From Phoronis australis (lineage: Eukaryota > Animalia > Phoronida), in the NCBI GenBank assembly GCA_002633005.1, contig NMRA01000274.1, forward strand, positions 281,741 to 345,740: a DNA stretch of 64,000 nucleotides, given 5' to 3'. The translations under genes and the position numbers were made by a program. Positions 12,101 to 27,100 of the stretch are shown here, piece by piece. Numbering within the stretch: the stretch's first letter is position 1; each line of letters begins with the position of its first letter. The notes beneath the pieces were generated by a model. It was not told the origin of the DNA, did not search any database, and saw nothing but the letters and a program-made list of their open reading frames with translations.

Positions 12101-15100
12101 ATGGGCTTTTTAATTATATCGCTAGGTCAGTTCCTTTATCTATGTTCAGTTGAGAGTAGAGTTTTGTTCAGAAGGTATGAACGTAACGGAATAAAGACTG
12201 TCAACAATGAAAAGTTTCGTGCGTTTAATCAATTCTGTATCTTTGTAAGAAAACAAAGCGTAAGCGGTGAAATAGATACGCTATTAACAGACTTCAGGGG
12301 TCTATTTCACGAAAAGTAACTTTTAAGACAACAGCAATTTTATTTTCTGCTCTCACTTCACAACTGTTTATACAGTCAAGTAATTATGAGCACGTGAAAG
12401 ACTAAAAATAATTTATAGAAGTTATCTCAGCTAGCAATTGTGTGTAATCTTTCAGAGAATGCAGTTTTGCTCAAGTGAGATTTAATTATCTTTCAGAAAA
12501 AGTTGTGTGGAGCATAACACTTAAGTCACCCTTCATGAGACAAGCTTGCACCACTGACAAAGACCATATTACTCGGAACATTTTTTTAATATGCACCATC
12601 AATATTCATTTTTATCACTTTAAGAAGAACAGCATGTAACTGTTAACACCTTTCAGTCAATATGATGTAATATATTTATTTTCATCAAAAATATAATACA
12701 TAGTTAAAATTTGGTATTTATTTTCATCAAAAAAAAAAATTGTAACACGTAGTTCGAATTTGGTATTTATTTTCATCAAAAATTTATAAAACATAATTCA
12801 AATTTGACTAAAAAAAACCTGTACCCATGATCCTCAAAAATTGGAAAATGTGTGACCTTCGAGAAAATTGTAGGAACTGGTATCCGCAAACAAACAACAT
12901 CAAAGTACAAATATTTCAGTAATAAATATATTAAATATTTTATCTGTCCTAATGTTCTGTGAGGGATGAAACGTAAATAAGCTGGAGAGCACCAAAGATG
13001 TTCACCACTTTTGTGGACGCGACAGTCGCAGGTGTAGGTACTGTGGACCTTGCGTCTGTCACAATGAAATCTTACCATTGTCATAAACTAGACATTTCAA
13101 ATCTGACTTCTGTAAGTCACTAACTTGCTAGTGTGCACAGAATCTGATGTAACTCAAGACAGATGGGTACAAAAATTTTTACCTCTATCAAAGACCTGAG
13201 GAATGATTGAAATCAAGTCGGGTTCATTTCAACACCGTGTAACCTACCCATGCTGAAATCTGCACAAGAACTCTTGGAGTGCTTAACCCGTGTTCTTCTA
13301 ATAATCCCAGATAGGTTTCAGCAGCAAACTTTTGACAAGTTTCATTTGGTGCTATCGACTCTGTCCCTGAAAAATCAGTTCAATAATACTGGATTGAACT
13401 GAATATTGTGATCAACAGATGTTAGTAGTAACTCCACAGAGAGGACACATGACAGCCCAAGTGTTCATAATCATTTTCAGTAAACATCTACGCACCTACA
13501 ATAGAAAGTAATTCAGTTTGGGAAAAGAAATAATTACTATAACTACCATTTTCCAATTTTCAAAGCCTTTTTACTACCTCATTTCGAATGCTCAACACTT
13601 TACAGCTATACCGCACAAATCATGATGCAAGTAAAAGTAAAAGTTTACGATAAGTCATTTTTGTGGAGAAATTTCACAAATGAAATTATTTTGCCCAGTT
13701 CACCATGTTTTGTTTTTCACAATGAATATCAAAAATCAACACATACTTCAATTTTACATCTTCCAACGACTGTAACATGAGTATAGCTTGTTTACAGTGC
13801 TTGAAATGCGAGTTAAAAAAAAATAAATTTAATTCTTCAAGTTTTTATAGACATTTCTATGCTACCACTAATATGCTTTTTATTAATTTTTAAGTGGAGT
13901 CATATCATGCTTGACTTCCACCTATTATTCATATCATTTCTCGTTATAATAAATGACACAAACCCCATCCTTCTTGATTCTGAGAACAGCAGTTAGGAAA
14001 TCCTCCTCACCAAAATTAATCATGAAATCGAAGTATAAAAAAGTTCCTCAAACACTTGACATAACTGGCACTTCTATGGTTAGATTACTGGGGCCGGCTA
14101 TCCCTTTTCTTTGCCACCTATAGGCAGGAACTGTAGGCGTGTTTTCAATTTCAATGGTTGGTTTCATTTCGTTTGGAGTAAAGACTTCCCACAATCCATT
14201 AAGGCATCCCGCAAAGCCCAACTGGGAAAAGTTCATTTAAAGCTGCTGATAATGAATAACACATATACATATGACCCACCATCTTTGATGGTCCTGATAA
14301 CAGAATGTGTGACATCGTCCGTAATACATTCTGGTGCAGTCAGAACTATAGAATTGACCATCTCCAAGTACCACTCTATAGATGTGCAAAATGTAAATGG
14401 AGTCAAGGAAAGTGGCATACAATAAAAACAAACTGTATTACTTCACAAATTTTCCTTGAACAGCTGTTCAGCGCCACCTAAAATTCACACGTGACAGAAT
14501 GCGGGCCTAAATCAACCTGTATATTTGGGAACTTGACTAATTCACAAAAAGACTCTGACATACATAGGGTTAACTTTAGAGAGAGCCATTGAGACCCAAA
14601 GTAACACAAGTCACGTAATATCCTGGTGACTCATAAAATAAACAAAACGCTTCCAAATTCTTTGTCAGAATAGCTAACGTATCTCATATATATATCTTTA
14701 GCATTGTGACAGCTCAAATATGACTTCAACTTGACCCAATTACAAACTCTTGTGAGAAAGATGGGCTGATTTGATAAAAACAAAATTCAATTTCTTGGAT
14801 TCATAGAAAATTTGTGATGTTTTGTGCGTTTCAATTATTTGAATCTGAACAACAATGGTAATTTTATGACATGACAATCACAAAGAATTCATTGAAAAAT
14901 GCCATGAAACACAAGTGTCTTCAATCCCCATCCAAATCACAGGACTCAACTGTAGGTGGCGCTAAACATTGCCTGCCAATCACTAAATGACTATCAAGTT
15001 GGAAAGAGGTTATTCACTGTTCATTGAACATGACTGAAATGAACCTTGTGGCGCAGAAATACTAGAACCTGATTGCTGTTTTCATATTTTTCACACTTCA

Positions 15101-18100
15101 TTTGTAACAAAAATAAATTCATGTGAATCGTTACAACACCCATTGTCAGTAGGAAACACATTGAAGAGATTGATGGTTTGTTACTGGATTAAATGAAAAC
15201 CGAGTTTTTCTTAATTTGAAACAATAGAGATATGTAAAATTGACAGAAAACTACAAACTAAAAAAGAAATACTTAACATGTAATGGCAGATGGTTTCTAT
15301 ATTTAGTACAGGCCACTATCTAGTACGCTCCCACCACACAACTGTTGAATTAAGGTTTAGTAAGGCAAGTAATTTTGAGTGCATCACAGCCTAGAAATAA
15401 TTTATAGAAATTATCTCAGTAACTAGCAGTCATGTGAATATTCTCAGACACTGTGCTCTTTTGCACCAGAGAGATTTGATTCATTTAGAAATAGTTGTGT
15501 GGCGTGGAAGACCAAATTTCTGTCTTAAGTCTTAGGTCACTTTCATGAAACGGACCCCTGAAATACAAACCTACTCAAACATTTCAAATAGCCAATAAGG
15601 TTGGTACAACCACAATTCTTCAGTGTCATCAGACAACACAAAAAGGATATTTTTCCGATAGCATGAGGATCTTGGTAATTAAGTCACTGCGCAGGTATTG
15701 ATCAGTGTCGCGTCTGAAGTGTTCCAGCATCTTAGAGCAGATCACTGCAACATTCAACTTGTTGGTCATCTTGCATAGTAACTCCAAGGTCTACAGAAAG
15801 AACCAAAACACGAGTTCAAGCGAAAGAAAGTTGGAAACATTTATCGGTGTCGAACTATTAACTAGAGCCTCATCTTTAATATCCTTGCAGGAAGTTTAAA
15901 TTGAGCGATTGAAATTTCAAGGAGTGAGCTTTAAACCAAATACAGCAAGACACAAAGGCACGAAGTTTTTTAGATTTGATTGTTAGCATATCCTAAGCTT
16001 GTTGAAAAGGAACTATTTTACTATTTAATATTAAATAATTACATCTGGTGAGTCAAATATCAGGCGAATTTCGTGAGCCACAATCAAATACTTACAAAAA
16101 ATTGAACGTTTTCAACCGTCATCCTCAGAATGATGGCCAAGTGGACTTGCAGTCGTGTGATGAATTTCCCGCTTTGGGCAACGTACTACGATCATAAATG
16201 TCAACAAGAGGGTACTGACTGTGATGTAGGTCAGCCAGTGACGGTCGAAAGCGTTCAATTTTTTGTAAGTACTTGATTGTGTCTCATGAAATTTGCCTGA
16301 TAATTTACTAGACAAAGTATAAAATTGCTTTGTTGTTGACATGGACCTAACTGGTGATTGGAACTAATGTATAAGATTGATAAATAAAACAAATTAAAAT
16401 GTTCAGTCACATTATTGATAGAATTAAGGGCACATTAATTTTGAGACCTGAACATTACATTGACTGGAAATTTATTCCTGGATAGTCCCAGACAAATTCA
16501 GTACTTCATTGGGATAAACCTGCAATATATAAGTCCATGTCACACCTTTCTACGGATGGTCACATCCTTGTCCTCCAGACAGTCTATCATAGTCATCTGA
16601 TGATTGACAGCGTGGGCGGGGTCTACCTCAACTATAGCCGCTAATGACTTCAGACCTGTAAGAAACAGCATGACACAGCATGTGCTACCTCTCAAGTGCC
16701 GTGAGCCATGCATAGGCAGACCCTGGGGCAACCTAGTGTATCTCCACTTGGCTGGTTGAGGGGCACATGACATAAAACAGCCCAAAACTATCAGCACGGA
16801 AGATTTTCACTACCCTGAGTGATGGTCGGTAAATTGAGAATAGAATACATTCTACCAGCTAACATGCTAAAAAGTCCATACGTTCCAGATGTAACCACCC
16901 TATATCAGTGGAATAGTAGAACGCTGGGGATTTTTTAATATATTTTACCGAGACAACTGTCTGTTAATATGCTGTAAATACCTCCTTAGAAACCTTATTG
17001 CATACTTTTTGACTGGCTTACAAGATTACTGCGTGTCCTGACTTTGGAGGCTGTAACTGAGAAAACTTTCAAGTGCTCTCATACCTGATAAATAAATTTG
17101 GCAAACAAGAGGCACAGAACGTCAGAAGTACTAACCTAGGTATCTTAAGTTGTTACTTTTCGCACGGAGAAATTTTCCGATGCACTTCGCCAGATCCTCC
17201 AACAGCTTGGGATGAGGGCAGAGGGCAGCACCAGTAAGTATACACTCCTGAACCACACCTATCATGACAGAATTGAACAACACTGGAAACAAGTGCTAGA
17301 CATTCCCACGCCATGTTTAAGGTCCAAAGATCGGTTGGCTTTGACATATTTGTTATTTTTGATTTTTATTCAATGTATTTGGTTATCTGTGATTAAAATC
17401 GTGATTGAACAATGAATTTGTTTTACTTTTCATAAAATATTATTTTTAAACTCTTTCCCTGAGGCACTCTGCATTCGCTTCATTACCCGTCTGCAGCTGT
17501 CTCCCAAACTATGCTAATCCTTTGAGATAATTAGGTTACATAACCACTTCACTGTCCCGTTGTTGTTTTCGCCACCTTGTAACGTATGCCAAATCTCCGG
17601 TTCAGTTTGCAGTTATCATTCAATTGAAGCAAACATAAAAAAGTTAAAAATCAACAGTTGATGACAGACTGACAAGACAGTCTAAGGGCAAGTCTCTGTG
17701 ATGCACTACTCACAGTAGAAAATCGCAAGTTGATATGGCCGTTACTGTTTCAAATTGGTCATAACCATTTGGCAAATATTCGTCGACATTTCCTACATCT
17801 ATTTTCAACTCTTGACACTGCTACCCAGTGGCAAAACCATGTGACAAACTCTTTGAACAAATTCCTAAAGTTCAACTAGCTTTTCTAATTTCAACAAACT
17901 TCATCTTTCATTCATAGTTTTACTAGATGAAACATGACATGGCTTAGAAAAAGTCACCTGACAAATCTCCAGATTTCATTGAGAAAAATGTGACCATATT
18001 CACTGCTGTAAAAAGCAACAGTACCTAGTGGTCGTCATGTCGAGGAATTTGCATGTCATGCCATGCAAACCCCTCAACTGTGGATTTATCCAACAAGTGT

Positions 18101-21100
18101 CAGTTTGAGATTGAATTCTGCGGGAGCGCATGACCCTTTTCCGGTCTTTGCAAGGTCGTGACACTATCCTGCTACTGCACAAGAACATGCATTTTTCTTT
18201 TTCCATCATTTTACATATATTTCGAAACCTGTAACCAGCATAATGCTCTGAGCGGAATGTTTTCAATCTATGGATATTTGGCAATAATCGGTAATTCTAT
18301 AAATACAATACCTCTCGAATAATTGTCACTGTGAGTTTTTGTTAACTGGCCAAAGTTATTTTGACAAGAAAATGACAAAAATCCCACAGTTAACTGCCAC
18401 ATTGATCACAAACAAGAAAGACACAACAGGTCTTTCGATTAACAGCATGAAACTCGTTGCCACTGGTGACCTGTTCTAGCAAGAGTGGTCTCTTTATCGC
18501 TACAACAGAAAATCAACATGATAGTGCACGTGCCAGGTAAACAAAACCGGTAATTGATGGCACGCTCTGCTGACTAAGTTAAGTATAGATAAGTACTTTG
18601 CATTCAGGATTTAGAGCTCGATATAAATAAACAATACACACTAGTGTTGGCTAACAAAGTAAATGACACACACACACGCATGCATACACAAACACTACTC
18701 TATAATTCAACTATTAAACGCAATGTTCATGGAGTACATTACTCTGTCAACCTACCAAATGTGATGTTCTGATTGATTTCACTTCTTTGCAAAACTTCTG
18801 TCAGCACAGGGTAGATTGCGTTACTTGACCTGCAATAGACAAGTTGACAGCCTTATGTTATACAAAATGTAACTGGAATTACATTTGATACAATATTTAT
18901 CAAAGAAAGCATTTACATTATCAAATGTTCTTAGATTTAATTGAGTTACTGCCATTTGAAAAACTCTACGTAAAAATAGCATGGATGAAATCATCGTAGC
19001 TCAAATTAATTGTTACCAAACTTAAGTCAGAAAATAACTTTCTGCTTGCATCAATCGTTTTATCCTTGAAAATGGTAACAGCCACAGATCAAAGAATGCA
19101 TTCACAGCAAAGCACGGTTATCTCAAATAAAATGACATTCAATAATTAACTTTCAGCAAGTTCACTAACATGTTATTTTTCACACCACAAAATGCTATAA
19201 AGGACCAATGCGGGGTCTTAAAACATTATGATGAATTAGTGCTAATAAGCTATAGATTTTTGCAGTGTATGATTACCAGGTCCCGTACTGTAGTTTGAGA
19301 TATTCAAAATTCAGTCTTTTGAAAATTATATTAACATCAACAGTCATTACGTTTTCTCTGAAAAGTTGCAAAATCTACGTTTTACTTACTTCTTAGCGGT
19401 AGTCATAATGAAGATTTGGCAAACTGCCACATTTTGCAATCACGAAATAATCAAAAGTGCGATCAAGTAACATGAGATATGGCATCTTACCTTTGATCAT
19501 TCTTTCCAAGAAGAGCGAGCATTTTCAAAATGTTGATTTGCACCCACGGCGCAGGTACGTGGTGAAACTCAAACGTTTTAGGCAACTTTCGTTCAATCAC
19601 TTGCCGTAAAATGTTGATTAGACTGGGCACGATGTCTCTGTATTTTTCTGGGTTGTCCTTTAACGCAACCAAAAATAATAATAGCTCACATGCACGTAGG
19701 GGGGTTAGGGACGGTGGAACAATACTGTCATCTTGATGCATTGTCTCATATCAGGTCTAAAGCTTGCAGACGAAAACCAGCATGAGGTCTTACAAACTTC
19801 AGGCAGATTCCTGCTGTGCAGCAACAGGTTAGCCCCAGCATGTTAAGTTGATCTAAACCTTTCGTTATCACCATGACATCAAAGGTAAAGGAAAAAATCC
19901 GCGGCTTGCTTCTTATATTAACTCACAACACAAAACCAGAGATTTTTTTGACCTTGGACCTGTTTTACCAAGGTCGTAAGCATGGTTGTAGATAACAAAG
20001 ACATAGGCATGGCTATTTACAAAGATGGTCTGCGCAGTAAAGGGGTTAAATTTCAGACTCTTAACTGCAATAATTTTCTCAAAGCCACCACTGGATCTGC
20101 CACATGGTTTGAGCTTTCTTTCTTTTCTCTTTTTCTCAATTACTCGTTCTTACATAGAATTCAATAAAACACCCAAAACACTCACCAAAAACAAATGGAG
20201 TGTTGTAAAATACCTCTCACAATCAACCACAGAAATATAGTGACGTTTTCAATAACAAACATACAACCATCTTAACTACGACCAGACCAATTCGACCATT
20301 GATAAAACATGCTCCTGGGCAACCACCATAATAAAATGCATTTTCAGTACAAATTTGTTGAACAGGTGATGCCCGGACATCTAGAAGACGCCTGGGAGGC
20401 AGCTTCATATGGCTACTGCAGGATCCCATCAACTAGGCAGCCAGCTACCCCCTGCCATCCACCAGATGTCACCCGCATCAACAAAACATCCGTAATTTGT
20501 GTTGTGCTCACTTTGATGAGTTCCATGTAGATGTGCAGTGCCACTGTCATTACTCCCGGGTCTTTATCACACAGAGCCTTCTTAAACAACTGGTGTACAT
20601 GCTGGACAAGGTTGGGTGCCCTGGTGAAGAAACGGTGTAAGCACATCACCGCTTTCTTACGGACAAGTTCCCTGCATAGAAATGAAACGAAAAATACAAA
20701 AACGTGTACGGATCCACGATTTTGTCAAGGTATTGAAGGGGTTCTGCAGGGGACACACATTTGGTCTAAAAGATTCTTCCACTTCAGCACTGTAAAAGTG
20801 ACTGGGCAGAGGATTCGGATCCCCTGCACCATCCTCTGAATTAGCACCTGAGAAAACCGTTCAATATGATAATTTATGGTGAAATATCACCAATTTACAA
20901 CACAATAAGTGAAATTTCATTTTTCACTTTTTCATAAGTAGGCAGCGTTTATTTGGTGTTACTAAAATGCCTGAAAATTTTCGTTTTCCAAATACATGCC
21001 CATGGGATTATCTACGGAAAATCCTGGTAGCAAAAAGTGTTGCCAACATACAGTTCTTAAGTATATTCACCTGTGTCTGAAAAATAATTAAATCTCCCCT

Positions 21101-24100
21101 GAGCAAAAATGCAGTCTTTAAGACTTTAAAAGTAACCGCTAGTTCCTGAGATAATTTCTACACATTATCTTTAGACTGTGATGCACTCATAATTAATTGA
21201 TAGTGGGAGCATAAGATCATGTTTCTATCTTAAGGCTCGAGTCCCTTTTCAGGAAACCCCTGAACAATTATTATCATACCTTGGGTGACTTAACTTTTCC
21301 TCCACCAGAGGGAGCATCATTGGAATCACATCGACATTGGCGAGGTGACAGAGAACAGTCAGAGCACAGCATACTTCCAAAATATTGGAACTTCGTAAGT
21401 CCTGAAAGCACGCAATATACGTCAGTTGAAAAGTAAATTTACTCTCAGTCATACACGCATAATTATTTATCAAAAAATCCTTTTTACAGCTTGGTAAAAC
21501 CATAACTTTTTATTAATATCAACTACCTTCTTAAAGTTCTCATTGAATATGAAACACCCAGGACACAAATGTAAAACTTCAAGCCATTTGTATTGTAAAA
21601 TGGCACAATGTTAATGTCACATGTCTAAATGAAATGTTCCATGTGACAGTGTAAAATGCCATTTGTCACATAAGATGCGAGCTTTTGAAAGCCAATTACA
21701 GCAAACTAAAATGTAATTTTGGCTAACTCAATATTGAAATAAAATCACAATCAAAAAGTATATCTATTGCAAAAATTTTCATATAAATTTGGAAGAAAAA
21801 TGACTTTTGAGAATGCATTACAAAGTGTCATCCAATAAATAAAAAAATTCAGCACAAGGGACTCAGTCTACACTTCATCATTTACCAAACTGACAAAAAA
21901 GTCCTAAACTATGAGCTCTGAAAAATATTTTAATGGTCATTCTTCTATCAATTCATTTATGCTAAAACTTCACATTTTCTAAATTCAACAATACTTGTCT
22001 AAACACAAGTGTATTTTTCTCCAATAGTTTAATTGATTTGACAGTTCTTGTTTCAGGTCAAATCAACACTAAAACAAATAACAATCAGTTCAGCAAACGA
22101 TGTCATATTTACGATGTCAATATGACATTGTTTGCTGAAGTGCTTGTTATTTGTTTTCTCGTGTTCGATATTCAATTTGCATGGTCTGCATCCACGGAAA
22201 CAAAAAATGTTGTGGAAATTACAGGGACATTATCAAAATGCATTTTTGGGATCACGGTCTATAAACAATAAAATCTGCAGTATTTTTGTTAATTTTCACC
22301 CTTGTCTGTCAGGCGTTCACTGAAATCATGTCTAGTGGCCTTACCAGATAAATAGACTTGTTTTAAAATACTCTGCCCATACTCATCGCAGCAAAATCCA
22401 AACTCAAACTCGTAACCGTAACAAGTCAAAACAGGTCATTGAGAACACTGCATTGGTCAATGCAGACCTGTCCATTTTTTATTAGGTCATCATTCAATAC
22501 AAACATGTCTATATTTGTTCATTAGGCCACCAGTCAATGCGGACCTGTCCATTTTTTCATTAGGTCATCAGTCAATGCTGACCTGTCCATTTTTTCAGGT
22601 TGTGTTCTGGTGTGACCTACTTTTCAGTGACTCTTGTCCAGTTCAACAAGTTCTAATTTTAGCCACTAGATGTCAGTCAAAATCAAAATTATCTTTCACT
22701 AAGCATAAAAAACCTTTACAGATTTAGATGAAAAATTTTAAGGTAATAGAACGACAAGATAGAATTAGTTATCACTAAAACTAGCTATTTGACTCTATAA
22801 AGTTTTGTGTTGAAAAGAAATTCGTCAGAGAACACCAGTTATTTGTCACAACGGAATTATACATAGTGTTAACTGCTTCTTAATAGTTAATTCTGGTTGG
22901 TGTTTGCAAAATCAGGCTCTGCATTGATGCTGAGGGCTGAATTGCCTTGCCAGCCAACATTTTAAACCTGGAGTGACAATTTTTAAACTTAACGCGCACG
23001 CCTTGCCTAAACTCGTCGCAGTAACATTCAAACTCATAACTGCGACAAATCAAAACACGTGAAGAACATTCAACTAATCTTCATATTGGCTTAGAATTTT
23101 GCACACGGTTGTAAATCACACGTGTCGCTCAACAGGTTTTTTGAAATTGGCATGCAACGTCAGTGAAAGCATTTTTTTGTGAACTTTGCCCTTAGTATAC
23201 AACTGCCCCAGTTGGATTGTGTAAGTAAACATACCTCGGCAAAGGGTTTATGGTCCTGGCTGAAAAGATAATCAATTGATTACCCCCTAAGGACCCATGA
23301 ATAGAATGATGAGCCCCCCGAATGGTCAACTACTACAGCGATCAGCTATGTCCATATTAATTATAAGGGTATTCACGACAAACCTTTTGCAACGAATTGA
23401 CAAGCAGAACACTGAGCTCGTGGTTCTCATGCAGTAACAGGCATGTTGCTAAGTAACCTGAAATAAAACATAGCACTGAAAGTCACGTCTCACCAAATCA
23501 GTCTTACCGGCATTCACTTTTAAAACAACTATAAACCAGTGTTTCGTCCAAGAATCGACTTCTATATTTAGACCACATGCTGTTATAAAATTGGTCTCAA
23601 TTTGTTCCTTACTTAGATGAGGAGTGATTTGTGAGTTTGCACATGGCTGGCAGTTTTGATTTTCCTCGAGACCATGCTGGGCATATCAAATGACACGCCA
23701 AGTCAACAGCCAACTTGTAGAGTTTGGTCTAAAACAATAATTGTCAGTTCTTTCAAAGCCCTGGCACCATCAAGAATTTCTTAAAGAAAAAAACTGAGAC
23801 CAATTCCAAGAAAGTTTTGACGTAGGTTTTTGTTGATGGCATGTATATACCCATACTGAGCGGACATCTTGTGTATTTCATGTGCCAGAAATGCTAGTTA
23901 TACACAAAGTTCCTGTTACTGAGCCAGATAAGTTTTAAATTGTTTCAAGTTGCGACAGATAATCATAAATGGTATTTCCAACCAGATCATTCAGGCCACA
24001 GGTAAGGGGAACTAGCGTCATAAAGACTCTAGTTTCCAGAGTTAGCCAACCCTTCCTATTTCAGATCAATGTCAGTCGATCTCTTAAAATGAAAAATTCT

Positions 24101-27100
24101 AAATGTAAAGAGTTCAAAGGGGTCTTTCGCTTTACCCAATTTCTAATTCTGATGTGCAATACCAGTTTCAAAAGGGACGAAAAGCAATTTCTTTCACTCA
24201 TGAACATTTTAAGTTGCTGGACACTTTTATGTGAAACAGTTGCATAGTGCACTGCACAGCGGTTGGAATTTCACTGCATGATGGTCGCAAAGTATTTATA
24301 AAACATGCTGGCATTAAAACCATAACAGAATATAAACGCTGTCCAGTAACCACCCTATCGCCATCTAGCGACTTGGGAAAGTTCATCATGTCGCCGCAAC
24401 ATCGGATAATAGCTTTGCTTTTGATGGTAGAAGCCAAATGCTTTTCTGGCAAAGAAATTTTTGAACCAGTAGGTCAAAATCAATCAGTCTGCTTCGTGAT
24501 TTTCATGTCAGGTAATCAGTAGGAGAGAATGACCTTTTTAACAATATTTCAGTATGTGAAAAAATTTCCCGTGAATCTCATCTCCATTCTGACAAAAGTA
24601 ATTGAAGCTTTTAATGATGTGGGGCAAATGGAAATTGGTAGCCTGTGTAAGAAACAATATAAATTGCTTTTCTACTCAAAAGACACAGGCAGTCTTTAGG
24701 AACTTTGTTGGAAATGGCCTTTAAAAACATTTAACTCTAAAATTGTTCACAGAATGCCAAGATAGTGATTGTTCAATATCTACTAGAAGTGACATAACTC
24801 ACCAATTCTCCTTTCCAAAAGTGACCCCTGTTGGGCAAGCTTGATAGCATTGATGTAGCCAAACGACACATCGCAACCAAGCATATCACACAATATCAAC
24901 TCTGTAACGTATTCCTTGATCTGTGCCTACAACCAAGCATATCACACAATATCAACTCTGTAACGTATTCCTTTACCTGTGCCTACAACCAAGCATATCA
25001 CAAAATATCAACTCTGTAACATATTCCTTGATCTGTGCTTACAACCAAAACCTCAGTTAACGACAGTCAGTAATGCCGTGACTACTTTTTACAAAGATTT
25101 CATTTTTGAGTGTAACAAGATTTCAAGCTCAGACGCCTGCGAAATGCAGAGAGGTTACGTCGAGCCAAGAAGGAAAGGGCTAAGCGAAGGTCTCAGTTTG
25201 TCAAGGACCCCTTCAGATTTACAAAGACCTTACTGGGGGAAGAGAGATCAGGCGAGTTGCAGTCAAGCAAAGAGGCAATAGAGCAACATCTTAACGCAGC
25301 TCATGGAGACGACAGACGAGATGTGCCCCTCGGAGTGTGTTCGAGAGTGGAGGCTGTGAATAGGCCAGAGAGTGAATTAGACACGAAAGAACCTACGTGG
25401 AAGGAACTGCTGCAGGTGGTTAAGAAAGCGCGGTCGGGTTCAGCCCCAGGTCCAAGTGGCATCCCGTACAAGACCTACAAGAAGTGTCCCTTGCTGCTAA
25501 GGCAGCTGTGGCTGATTCTAAAGACAGTATGGAGAAAGGGCAAGATACCTACTGGCTGGAAGGTCGCAGAGGGGTGCTTTGTGCCCAAGGAGAAGGATGC
25601 TGCTGCGGTTGACCAGTTTAGAACAATATCACTGCTGAGTGTAGAAGGGAAGATGTTCTTTGGGATCCTTGCTAGGAGGTTGACATCCTATCTCTTAGAC
25701 AACAAGTACATAGACACATCTGTCCAGAAAGGAGGAATTCCTGGTTTTTCAGGCTGTGTTGAACATACGAGCGTCTTGAGCCAGCTGATTAGGGAGGCCA
25801 AGTCGAAGAGGAAAGACCTGACGTGTGTGTGGCTGGACTTAGCTAATGCCTACGGTTCCATACCCCACCAGCTGATCAACATAGCATTAGAGTACTATCA
25901 TGTTCCGGAGCATATCAGTCGCATGTTAACAGATTATTTTCGAGGTATCCAGTTGAGGTTTACTGTAGGCGCCATCACTACAGACTGGATCAAGCTGGAA
26001 AGAGGTATAATAACTGGATGTACCATCTCTCCTACTCTGTTCATCATGGGGATGAATTTTCTGATAAAGGCCGGAGAAAGGGAATGTAGGGGTCCGAGGC
26101 TACAGTCCGGTATCGTGGTGCCTGTAATTAGAGCATTTATGGATGACTTGACAGTAACTACGGTGACGCATGTGCAAGCTCGGTGGGTTTTGGCAGCTCT
26201 AGATGAAGTAGCAACGTGGGCTCGTATGAAGTTTAAACCCAGGAAGTCGAGACTTCTGATAATGAGAGGTGGGAAAGTAGTCAACAGATTTACCTTGACC
26301 ATTCAAGGCGAACAAATTCCATCAATTGTTAATAACCCCATCAAGTGCCTAGGTAAATGGTACGATGATCTCCTGTGCGACAAGAACAACATCAAGCTGA
26401 TGGAGACCCAGGTGACGGAGTGGTTGAAGAGAATAGAGAAAAGCGGTCTTCCTGGCAAGTACAAGGCATGGATTTACCAGCACGGGCTGTTACCTCGAGC
26501 AACGTGGGGTCTAATGCTGTACGACATCCCGATATCGGCGGTGGAGTGCCTGGAGAGAACTGTAAGCAAGTGGCTGAGGAAGTGGTTGGGAGTCCCAAGA
26601 AGCTTCACACAGGTTGGCCTTTATAGCAGAACAGCAGAGCTTCAGCTGCCTCTAGCATCAATCACGGAGGAGTTTAAAGTAGGAAAGTGCAGGCTGGTTC
26701 TCACATTACGTGACTCTAGAGATCCAAAGGTGAGGGATGCTGGCGTCATGACAAGATCAGGGAGACGGTGGTCAGCAGACACATCTGTGAGCCAGGCGGA
26801 GAGTTTGTTACAGATCAGAGATATAATTGGAAGCACCTGCGTAGGACGCCAGGGGTTGGGGACATCCCAGTTCCAGCAGTGGGAAAAAGCGAGTGAGAGG
26901 CAGCGGAGGGAGATGGTCCAAGCTGAGGTGAGAGCAGCGGAGGAGGAAGCCCGTAAAGCCAAGGCAGTCCAACTAAGCCAGCAGGGAGCATGGACCAGGT
27001 GGAACCTTCCAGAGAGGAAAATATCGTGGGCAGACGTTTGGAGTATGGAGCCGATGCGTGTCCAGTTTCTACTTCGCTCGGTTTACGACGTGTTACCATC

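Noticed and set aside
24874-25048. Regularly spaced repeats next to a reverse transcriptase, suggesting a CRISPR array, retron or DGR-like system
   Set aside because: The units are head-to-tail with no unique spacers and are copies of a host exon. The RT is a eukaryotic non-LTR type with a REL endonuclease.
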